Of a DNA stretch of 64,000 bases, positions 35,801-47,800 are shown in pieces; position 1 is the first letter of the stretch; every line of letters begins with the position of its first letter. Both the position numbers and the translations under genes were made by a program. The notes below the pieces were generated by a model. It searched no databases. It was not told where the DNA came from and saw only the letters and a program-made list of their open reading frames with translations. The DNA is from Podarcis vaucheri (taxonomy: Eukaryota). The stretch lies in the NCBI GenBank assembly GCA_965113315.1, contig OZ220378.1; one strand, given 5' to 3'.

Positions 35801-38800
35801 ATGGCTATGTCCAAGTGTGCCACCAACAGACGTAAGAGGACTCAGTCATATTGTATCTCCTGTATTGGTAGCAATCTTCAACTACACTCAGCTTCCCCTT
35901 GTCTGTGTATAACGAAGCCTAAGAGGACATGATAACTTCCTCCCAAATTTCCCAGCGCTTGCACTTTGTTGATCAGTTCCTAACTCTTGGTGAGGACCAG
36001 ATCTAAGATAGATGACCCCCGTGTTGCTTCTACCACCTTCCTTTTCTCTAAACTAAAAGCCCCCAGATGCTTTAGCCTTTCCTCACAGAGAAATATGACT
36101 GGTGCCCAGATCAGTGTGAATGCCATTTTTTTCCCATTTTTTCCCTAGTTTTTAATTATCTTTTTTTAAAAAATCAAAAAAATCAGTTGATATGTTCACA
36201 CCGACACCCTTGGAAAGGGCTCAGTCTTACAAATTACTTGTTGTATTACTGGACCAATGAGGTGGAGAGATGGGGACAAGGCACACACTGCAACTAGATC
36301 CTTAGAAACTGCCTAGATCTCATAAAATCATAGAATCTTAAAGTTGGGGGGACCCAAAGGTCATCTAGTCCAACCCCCAGCAATGTAGAAATCTTAGCTA
36401 AAGCATCCATGACAGATGGACAGTAGTCCAGGTGTGGTCTGACCAAGGCAGAATACAGTAGGACTGTTACTTCCCTTGATCTGGACACTACACTTCTGTT
36501 GATGCAGCCTAGAATAGCACTAGCTTTTCCCCCTGCTGCATCACACTGTTGACTCATGTGAAGCTTGTGGTCCACCCAGACCCCCAGATCCTCTTCACAT
36601 GCACTGCTAGTGAGCCAGGTGTCCCCCATCTTATATTTGTGCATCTGGTTCTTCCTGCCAGAGTGCAGAACCTGACATTTGTCCCTACTGAAGTTCACAT
36701 CGTTAGCTTGGACACAGTTCTCCAATCTGTTAAGGTCATTTTGAATTCTGATTCTGTCTTCTGCAGCATTAGCTACTCCTCTGTTTGGTGTCATCTACAA
36801 ATTTGATAAGCACCCCCTCCATTCCATCATCCAAGTCATTTATAAAGATGTTGAACGACAATGGGCACAGGAGTTTGTTCGTTTAAAGTTTTATAAATCT
36901 CCTTTTAGGATACCTATCCTCACATGGCAGCTTCCATACAGTATTAAAATACAGAAACCCAAATATTACAAAATCCTTAAACCATATTTAAAACAAAACC
37001 AGAAACCAGCACGATAGCATTTAAGAGCCAACCTAGGAGTTCGAAAGCACATCAAAGTGCAAGTAGATAAATAGGTACCGCTCCGGTGGGAAGGTAAACA
37101 GCGTTTTCGTGCGCTGCTCTGGTTCGCTTAGTCATGCTGGCCACATGACCCGGAAGCTGTACACCGGCTCCCTTGGTCAATAAAGCGAGATGAGTGCCGC
37201 AACCCCAGAGTCAGCCACGACTGGACCTAATGGTCAGGGGTCCCTTTACCTTTACCTTTAAGCTTTAAAAACCACATAGTCAATTATATGCAGCTGCAAG
37301 CCCTTTGAGTAAACTGCCCAGGTGTGGTCATGATGTCTTTGAGCTGTGGAAAATGCAAGACATTTGGATTGGAATACTCCTGAGTAACTGTACACACTTT
37401 CCAGGATTATTTGGAAGTTTCCTCTTTCTTTGGTGGAAAGAGCCACAGCTCAGTGGTAGAGTGTCTGCTTTGTAAGCAGAGGTTCTAGGTAGGCCTGGGA
37501 AAAACTTTATTCTTGAAAGCTTGGCGAGCAGCAGCTAGTTTTCCAAAACCACCCTCTTCTACTTTCCATTTACTTTCCCATATCTTTTTAAAAGGTTTTT
37601 GAAAATATCCAAGATGAAGACTTTAAGAGGTAGGACTTTGTTCTGATGCAACCCTCTGATTGGTTGGTTGGTTGGTTGGTTGGTTGGTTGTTGGTTTGGG
37701 CTTCAGGCTTGGGGGAGCCCTTGGGGAATATATCCTAATGTGAGTAGGGGCTTGCCAAGGAAGTGTAACCCCCACTCACTGGACCTCTTCTTTTGTGCCC
37801 AATCTGCACAACTTCCCAGAGGGAGTTGCTGCTATGTCTCCCTCACTCTTGCATGTTGGAGGGGGCAGGTGAACAGCAAGGAAATGGATCTGCAGGAGCA
37901 GGAGGCCTCCGAGGTTGGGAGTGGGCCCTCTGTAGGGCTGTGGGCTTCAGCAAGCACCCCTGGCACTGACTACAGTTTTCTTTTAAAGACTTGTTCTTCA
38001 GTAAGTTATTGATTTCATCATGTACGATGGAATTAAAATGTCAGCTTTACACACAGTAAAACAAACCACTTTAGTGCAATCTGGAGTTGCCATTAAATTT
38101 TTTATTTTTTCCCAGAGTTCTCTATCTCTTACAGCATGGCCCAGTGGATAACCACTTGAGAATCCTTTATGAATGTACAGTATCCACAACTTCAGTAAGT
38201 TATTTGTGTGTGTATTATAGATGCAGTGGCTGGACATTTTATGCTGCGCAAATTCTCTACTTCAGAAATAATTGATGGAGTCCCAAGTCTGAGCTAGAAT
38301 TTGAACACAGTGGCCGGGATCCAAAGAGCTACTGTTAAGCACATCTATGGCCTAAAATAATTCATGACTTCCTCTCTCAAAACCTACAGAACCTACTACC
38401 CCTTGTCATAACACTTATCTGCTCTTGAAACCTCCTTCAAAAAAGGTTTGCCATGCAGCATGTCAGGCTGTTGTTTGAGAAACATAAGCCCTAAATCCCC
38501 TTCAGTGCATGGAATTAAAACTATTCTTGGCCCATAACTACTGGATTCTAGCTTTGAACTATATCTTCAGCTAGAGCATCAGAAGAGACTGCCCGATCAA
38601 GCCAATGGCCCATCAAGCCTAGCAACCTGTTCTCAAATTAGCCAAGCAGATTCCTGTGGGAAACCTGCAAGCAGAACCTGAACACAAGAGCACTCGCCTC
38701 CTGCATTTTCCAGTAACTTGCAAAGAAAGAATATAGACTGCTGCCTTTTACCTGGTCATACTCAGCTCTGACTGGCAGGAGCTTTCGGGGACTGAGCCCA

Positions 38801-41800
38801 GGACCTTAAGTTTACAAAGCCACGGATGGGGAATCCAGCCCTTCAGCTCACATCACCCCTGACCGTTGGCAGGGCTGACTGGGGCAAATAGAAGTTGGAG
38901 TTCAACAGCAGCGGGAAGACCAAATTGTTCCTATCCTTTTACTAAGCTGTGGTCTGGTGCGAAAAACAAATGCTGCTGGCTCCATAACTTTGCCAATTTA
39001 TCAATCCCTAAGTTGTTTTGTTTCAATTGTTTTATTTATTTTTGAAAATTTTAATGCTGTTAGCTTTGGGAGTGAACACTGAAAGTGTATGAAAGAAAAT
39101 TTAAAACAATTTCACAAAATAACATACAAGTTTAGACATTATTTTGATGATTTTAAACTAGCTGCAGCAGCAACTGAAGGTGGTAGTGTAGGTTGAATGA
39201 ATGTAATTTCTAAAAGCACAATGGAGATAAATGGGCATCCTTCAGAAGATCATTTCAGGGCCATGGCAGAAAAGGTCCTGCATCCTGTAGCTGGCAGCCT
39301 GGCCTCTCTAAATCTTGGAACTTGAATCAAGTCCTCGTCTGCTGTGTAATTTGGGGGAGGCATACATGGGCAAAGGCCTCAGTTGGCACCTTAATTGAAC
39401 TCTGAAACCAGTTGGTAGGCAAGTTGCTGGATAGGACAATGCCAGTTTGGGTCTGTGAATCAGGAGCTGGGGGTCTAGTCCACTTGGTATCCTAAACTGT
39501 CTTCAGTGGCATCAATGTGGCAGTTTACTTCAACTGTAATATCCTCTCATTCAGTGAGCAGGTTCTTGCAGGGCTAGTTTCAGCAATATTTTCACTCGGC
39601 AGCTGTCCTTTGGAAGAATGGAACTTTTTTTGCAAATAGTCAGGAATAGCATCTCCCTCCACCCCCAGCACCGTTATATAAAAATAAACTGGGGAAAAGA
39701 TACTGTATAGTTTATTAATAGTTTAGTGCTTTAAAAATAATAATTCTGTATTATTTTCATCCCCCTCCCTATTTTAGCCTATTGGAGTAAACAAGTTGAC
39801 CTTTGCTCACAGAAGCCGGGCTCTCAAGTGTCTGCTCTTCCTGGCGGACCCTTGTGCTATTGAGACCCTCTTCAAAAAGCCCCTAGAGGAAGTGAGGTGA
39901 GCAGAGTCTTGTTTTCCTTCAGACATACAAAATGCCAACCAGTGATGAAGTTTCATTCAATTTCCCCAAACACCTTGTTGGCTCCCATCCACAGCATGTG
40001 CAGTGCTGACAGTGCTGCAGACATGAAAGCCTCCCCCACCCTTCTCCCAAGGAACTCAAGGTGGAATGTGTTGTGAGATGGCAGGCAGATCAATCACCCA
40101 AGGCTGAGCAGGAATTTAAACCAGAGCCACCACATCACACTGGCAGATTTAAGAAGCTAAGATCCAGCCAGTGCATGGACGAAAGCCGGGTCCCGAATTC
40201 CATGCAACAACTCAGTGAAATTCTAGCATTTGAAAAAGGGCCCTGCATGCACAGTTTTGGATCAGGGAAGGAAAACACACCGTTCCTCATCTAGCTCTTT
40301 ATTAGACGTTTGTAGCATTTTGGTTTCCCTGTTGTGAACCTCTACAATAAAGCACATTTCTTTTTAATAGGAATTTCCTGAAATGCTTAATTTTCCTTGC
40401 TCAGTTTGAAATTCTGAATATCCCATACACCTACTCAACGTTTCATAGCACTCCCAAGGAAGGAATGATCAAAGGCTTGTGGAAGAACCATAGCCACGAA
40501 CCCATGGTAATATGGCAGGGGGCTGGAGATTGGAGGGGACAAAACACATATCTTTTCCCTCATGTTGTATCTTTTTTAATGCACAGCGGTGTTCAGGATA
40601 TTATCAGGTACACAGAGAAGAGTACAAAGTGTTTAACTCCTACGTTACTGATGAACAGCAAAAGTTTTCTCTGCTTTGGAATGATTCACAGTAACATGGT
40701 GTTCAATAAAAAATAAAATAATTTACTCATTGGTTTCAGGCAGTGAAACTTGTGGCAGAGCTTAGCTTGGAATATAAAGTGCACGATGCTTTACTCTGGA
40801 ATGGTTTGCTTCAGAAGCTAATTAGTTTCAACAAGGTAAGACTTCTTTGGAGAGGGAAAGGTCCCTCTATGTTTTGGTGTCCTGCGAGAAAAGCTTCCTA
40901 GTGCTAGTGCAGGTTTGGGTTCTAGTTCGTTAAATTTTATAGATTCAGGTACGTAGCTGTGTGTCAGGACTGGTCGTTGTCCTCTTCAGATCACCACACA
41001 AACGCTTCTTGTTCTTTTATAACTTTTTATTGTGTATTAACAAAACAATCTTATAAACGGTTCTTAACGGTTCTTATTCTTCCTCAAAGTCACTTCTTTC
41101 AGCTACCTTTGGAGCTCTGCTTCTCCGTGACCAGCCACTCTCAAAATGGCGAAGGTGCCCTTCCTTTCACTTTCCCGCTCTTTTTCCTACCCTCCTGGCT
41201 AGAGCTGTATCTCCCCTCCTCCGAATCTGAGCTAGAACGGAACCCTTGCCTTTCCTGGGAACAGCCGGTCCCTCCCTCTTCTTCCTCTTGCTCTCTTCTC
41301 TTCAATTCACTGCTCTCCTCCCCCCCTTGGGGAATGCTTTCTCCCTCTGAGAAACTGGAAACTTCTAACTCTTCCCTGACACCGTGTTGGTCTGACACAG
41401 TTGAAATATATATATAAAATTGTCCAGTAGCACCTTAAGGTAAAGGTAAAGGTACCCCTGCCCGAACGGGCCAGTCTTGACAGACTGTGGGGTTTGTGCG
41501 CCCATCTCACATCTATTGGCCGGGGGCCAGCGCTGTCCGGGGACACTTCCGGGTCACGTGGCCAGCGTGACATCGCTGCTCTGGCGAGCCAGAGCCGCAC
41601 ACGGAACGCCGTTTACCTTCCCGCTGGTAAGCGGTACCTATTTATCTACTTGCCCCCGGGGGTGCTTTCGAACTGCTAGGTTGGCAGGCGCTGGGACCGA
41701 GCAGCGGGAGCGCACCCCGCCGCGGGGATTCGAACCGCCGACCTTTCGATCGGCAAGCCCTAGGCGTTGAGGCTTTAGCCCACAGCGCCACCCGCGTCCC

Positions 41801-44800
41801 TAGTAGCACCTTAGAGACCAACTAATTTTGTTCTTGGTATAAGCTTTTGTGTGCATGCACACAAAGTAGTATCTGAAGTATCTGAAGTAGTGTGCATGCA
41901 CATGAAAGCTTATTCCAAAAACAAACTTAGTTGGTCTCTAAGGTGCTACTGGACAATTTATTTATTTTTTTATTTTCAGAAGGGGCTGTCTTCATCATTT
42001 AATTAACCAACTCAAGATGTGGTGATGGTCACCAATTTGGGATGGCTTTGCAAGAGGATTAGACAGATTTACAGAGGATGAGGCTCCCATTAGCTGTGTG
42101 CTGCCTCCAGAATCAGCAGCTGTGTGGCTCTCAGTAACTCCTGCTGAAGCCCAGGAGTTGGGAGAGGCCTGTTGTGCTTGGGTTCCACCTGTGGGCATCC
42201 CAGCATCATCTGGTCGGAATTGTTGTTGCTGTTTTATGTTATAAGACACCTTGTATGTATTAGGAAAGGTGGGATAATTTAAAAAACAATAATGATAAAA
42301 ACAAATCTATTCACTATTCATCCTTTTTTCTATTTAGGTTATTCTCATTTGCCTCATTTCATTTCTCATTTGGTTATTTGTCTCATTCTCAGACCAATTA
42401 ATGGGGGAAGATTGCATTGGGGGACGTCTTGAATTCCATGTCAATGTTTGTTTATTAACTTTTGGGTTTTCATAGACAAGCTAGAAAACTCAAAGGTGCA
42501 TGTTATCCTTTATTGTCTGATAAAGATGGGAGAGAATTAAACAACGCCATGCCCTCCATTAAAGTTGCATCTTAACAGTATCCTCTTGCTGTGCTTATAC
42601 AATCCTTGAAAATGCCTTGTGTATTTCAGGTTCATTATCTGAAGAAGGCTTTGACAGAGGTTACTGGGATCTGTTCCTTATGGCAGGTGCGTGAATTCTC
42701 ACTCCCTCTCAAGCTGGAATATTTGCCCAACTTTAAAAAGAAATGAGTCTAGTAATTTGTTTAGTTGCAGACAATTTAATATTTAATTTAATATTAAAAG
42801 GTCACTGATGTTACCGATTGCCTCCAAAGCCCTGAGTGCCTTTCTACCAGCTGTGGCCCTGCCTGGGCAGGAGGAGCCTGGCTGCCCTTAGGAATCTATG
42901 TGCCTGGACTATGTGTGGGGTTGCCTTTTTAAAACTCTCCAGAAATTGCGGCTAGTCCAAAGTTGTTCCAGTTGGAAGTTAAGGTCACATTGCACTTAAT
43001 GGTTCACCCACTAAAATGGCTCCAAGTTCAATTTCAATGTCCTCATTTTTAAGGTGTAAAATATTTCATTACTGGGACTGTAGTACCTGCAGGGCCACTT
43101 TTCTCCACATGTGTCCCCCTAGACTCTTCAGACCTTCAGCAGAGGCCCTGCCTGGATGCCCTTGCCCTCGGAGGTGCAGCAAAGAGCCCGACTTGGCAGT
43201 GGCAGCATAACTGGGTTGCACTTTGCAGGGAGACTTACTGGGCAGTTAACTCGAAATAATTTGTGCACAAGGCAAAAATACTTTAATTCCCCCCCCCCAG
43301 CTTTTTAATCCACTCTTCATTGCTTTCCTGCAGCTTGATGTTTATTTTTTTATTTCACTGACTGCAGATGGGGTCCCCTGCCCACTGCTGCTACTCAGGG
43401 CACATTCATGGCGCCCTGTCAGCCTAGTATCGCTTTGTGAGACTTGCAAAAATGGCACTGGGCTTGCGGGGCGCTGTGAGCTGTTGTGTCCCTCTCAGCT
43501 GCCCTCCAGCTTGAGGGTGCTGAGAAGGATGCAACAGCTTACAACGTGGCAAGGCGCCGTGATGCGCCCCTCCGCCAAACCATGCCAAGGCCAACGGCCC
43601 CTCAGCCCCACCCACCCCATGCTACACTGCTGAGTGGTGGCAGGTGACTCCCTACTTAAGGGGACAGAGCCGCAGTGGGTGGAGGTAACAGGATGTCCCA
43701 GGAGGTGTGCTGTCTTCCAGGTGCAAAGATTTACTATGTAACAGAGGTTGCCACGTCTTATAAAACCCATTGACCACAACCCCTTCCTTCTGATTCATGT
43801 GGGTACAAACAATACTGACACACACAGCCTTTAATGTATAGAAAAGGACTCTGAGAATCTGAGCAGGACATTGAAGGGCCTTGGGGCATAGGTGGTTTTT
43901 TCATCACTCTTTCCTGTTGAAGGTCATGGCCCAGCAACAGAGAGGAAAACACTGGAAGTAAACCACTGGCTGCACAGTGGGTTTTGTTAGGGAAGATTTG
44001 ACTTCTTTGACTGTGGTCTCCAGTTCCTTGAGGAAGGACTTCTGGCAAGAGTTGGGTTGCACATCACAGCAGTTGGCAAGAATGTTTGCTAAGAGTCTCA
44101 CAAATCTGATCAGGAAAGCGTTAACCTACCGTATATTCTTGACAGGATCCACTAACCAATAGTAGGGCATTCTCTCAGGCATTTGAAGATTTGTTTTAAC
44201 TTTCCGCAGATTCCAAACTTCATCCTAGCTTGGCAGAATGTCATCCTGGCGCCGTGCCTTTCAGGTTAGCTCTGTTTCTTTGCTCTTGAATCATGCCACC
44301 AAATCATCACTCGATGCTTTTGTGCATTTTAGGTAGAGCAAGTAAAGTGAAGGAAAAGCCATCAAAATTTGGAGGGTGGATGTGGAATTCAGCATCTTGG
44401 TAACCTTGGTAGCCTTCAAAGTGTGTGCAAAATAACTGATGAAATCTCAGGCACCAGAAAGTGGGTCAGTGGGATTCCCAGCAACCATGGGGAGGGGCTC
44501 ATAGAAACATAGAACTGTAGAGTTGGAAGGGGCCCCTGCAGTGCAGGATTTGCAACTGAAGCATCCATATAGACTCAATAGTTCAGTGCATTTCCCCTTG
44601 ACCAACAATAATAAATTTTAATAATAAATTTTATTTATATCCTGCCCTCCCCAGCTGAAGCTGAGCTCAGGGTGGCTAACAACAATAAAACAATAAAACA
44701 GTATAAAAGTATAGCATAAACAACACTCTAAAATCATTCATTATAAAATTAATTAATTCATAATAATAATAAATTATTATTATTAAAGCAGAATATGGCT

Positions 44801-47800
44801 GTAGTCTTATATACATTCCTAGGCAAGTCCTACTAAACTTAAGTTTTACTCCTGAATAAACATGCATTGCAAATCATGTGCATTCTTAACTTATAGAGAA
44901 GTTTTTTAAATGTACAATTTGGATTGGAATGAGTGGGCAGCAGAATAGGACAAAGTGTTTATTCATGCAGTGCATAATGAATGTATGGTATTAAAAAGCC
45001 ACAGGATGTGCTCATGGTCACTGGCTTATAGGGGAATCAGACAAAATCATGGAGGAGTGGCCTGTCCAAAGGAGAAGTGATAGATCCATGTACAAAGGCA
45101 GTATGTCTCTGAATTCTAGTTGCTGGGGAGCAACAATTGGGGAGGGCTATTGCTGGCTTTCCTGGAGGCATCTGATTGGCCACTGGAGGAAGGAATATTG
45201 GCTCTTGGTCTGACCCAGCAGAATGCTTCTTAGTTTCTTATAGCACATAATTTTTAATTCACATTTGCATACCCCCCACCCCCAATTTAGCCTTATTTGG
45301 TCTTCTGTTCTTGCTTAAATACTATGTGGTATCTGGCCATCCTACTACAATAGTCACACATTACAAAGATCACTAGTTTTCTATACTGTGCATAGAGAGA
45401 TTTATTTATTTGGAGCATTTGTATCTCGCTCTTCAGCCCACAAGACGACTTACATACCATCAAAGCAAGATGGTCCCTCCCCACAGGCAAAGGGGCAGGG
45501 AGGGAAGAGGAATATCAAATCTCAGTCACAACTCTTTAAACAGTTGTTCCTATATAGACCAGCTGGCACAGTTCAGGGGCTGGAGGTGCCTGAAGGAGCT
45601 GGGCCTCCAGCAAAGCTCTCCCGCTGCTGGCTGCCCCAGATGACAGTTGTGGGGAGAGGGGGCCTGATGGGGCTGGCCTGTCACAGCAGAGCCAGTGGAG
45701 GGAGCTCTGCTTCACAGCTCTCACGGAGGTAGTTTGGATACTATGAGCTCATCTGCAGAGCTGAAAGCAATCGCTCTGTAAATCAAAAATTCAGTGTGTA
45801 GAAATCCTTTCACTATGTGTCTGTTTTGTTTTTAAAGCTTCACAGCCACTGAGTGCTAATCAGCTTGAAGCATGCTATGAGTCTTTCAGAACATTATTGA
45901 GGTAAATAAACATCTCATGTGGGAGAAAGAGACGCAATGTTTCCTTAAGAATTAAAAATTCCAGCACTCTCCATGTGGAGCAGAATGAGGTGGCCAAATG
46001 GACCATACTACCTCAAGCTACAGGTGGGGAATAACACTTCTCCTATGTGTAAAAACAAAAACCTACCTAGCACATCATGGAGAAAGTACTTGCCAATTAA
46101 AAAAGCTAGCCTTTTCCCTGCTTTGCTGGCTTCATAGTTGCAGGGAATTTTAGTGTGTGAAAGCAATTTTCCATTGCTGCTCTTGCAGTTTGACAGCTTC
46201 AGATGGCTTTGTGTGTGGACCAGGTCTGTGATAAGCAGTGCTTTTTTCAGGGGGTCCTCAAGAGTGTTGGCACCTCTTCTGTTGTTGTTAAAAAGTGTGG
46301 CACTTAGTGTAACAACCTCATGGGGAGAAGCAGCACCTATTTTTCTAGGGGGGAAAGCACTGGTGATAAGAGCATGAAAGGAACAACTAAATCATGAAGA
46401 AGTTGAATGATTAAAATATGGAATTAGTGTGTACACTTATGCATCAAGCTGTTAGGCCACTGAAGGAAGGTTGTTACTCTGTTAATTTATAAAATAACTG
46501 CAGCTGCTTACTGTTTCCTCCACTTAATGGCTACTTCCCAAAGGTGTCCTCTCGTGGCTGATCTAGATCTGACTGGGATTGCAAAGCAGTATGCCCAATT
46601 AGACCTGCCAGCTTTGGCCTTGGGGTGTCTGTTGCTGATTCCACAACCTGAGAAAAGAGCTCAGCAGATTCAGGTGAGTGAAAGCAGACACAAATAGTTG
46701 GTGTACTTCACAATCAGTTGGTGAAGCCCCCGAGTTAAAATTCTACAGTATCAATCTAGACTAAAGATGGATTGGGGGACCTGTGGCCCTCCATAAGTTT
46801 AGACTACAACTCCTGTCATCCTTGGCAACTGGCCAGGCTAGCTGGGGCTGATGGGATCATGCGAGTGAGGGCCCATAACACGTACACCCAGGAATTCCTA
46901 CCACAGGCCTTATGTGTTCCACTTCAAGTGTTTATACAATCCTTCGTGCTTTTTTTAAAAAATCACCAGTAGCTCTGGGTTGGGAGGTCGCATCCACCCT
47001 GAGTAGATTTTGTATTTACAGTGGTGCTTCCGGTTGCACACAGGATCCGTTCCGGAGCTCCAGTCGATCCCAAGGTGTGCGTATCCGGAGGTGCCGCTTC
47101 TGCGCATGCGTGCAGCACGGTTTAGCACTTCTGACATGTGCGCATGGCAAAACCCGGAAAAATACTTCTGGGTTTGCCACATATGTATCCCAAAGGATAC
47201 ATAACCGGAGGTGAACCTAAGTAGAGGAGGTACCACTGTATTTGTGTTCTGTACACAAATGAAAACTCTTCTGTTTTCTTTGACTTTGGCCTACTTCTGT
47301 TAAAAAAAAAGTTGCACTCCTTTCTTCCTCTAGTTTTATTTTGTGCCTGTCAATTTAGGATAGCACTCTTGTGACGAAGATGATGTCACGAATCATAGAA
47401 TCTTGGAAGGGACTCCAAGGGTCATCTAGTCCAGCCCTGCAATGCAGGCATCTCAGCTCAAGCATCCTGGCAGACGGCCACCCCACCTCCAGGGAAGGAG
47501 AGGCACAACCTCCTGAGGGGGAGACTGCTCCACTGTCAAAACAACTTTTACTGTCAGAAAGTTTTTCCAAATGTTTAGTCAGAATCTCTTTTAATGTAAC
47601 TTGAAGCCACTGGTTCGAGTCCTGCCTCCCAAAGCTGGAGGGGGAAAAACACATGTTCCCTCTTCCATGTGACAGCCCTTCAGATATTTGAAGATGGCTA
47701 TCATATCTCCTCTCAGTCTCCTCTTTTCCAGGCTAAACATACTCAGCTCCTTCAACTGTTCCTCATAAGGCTTGGTTTCCACACCCTTGATCATCTTGGT

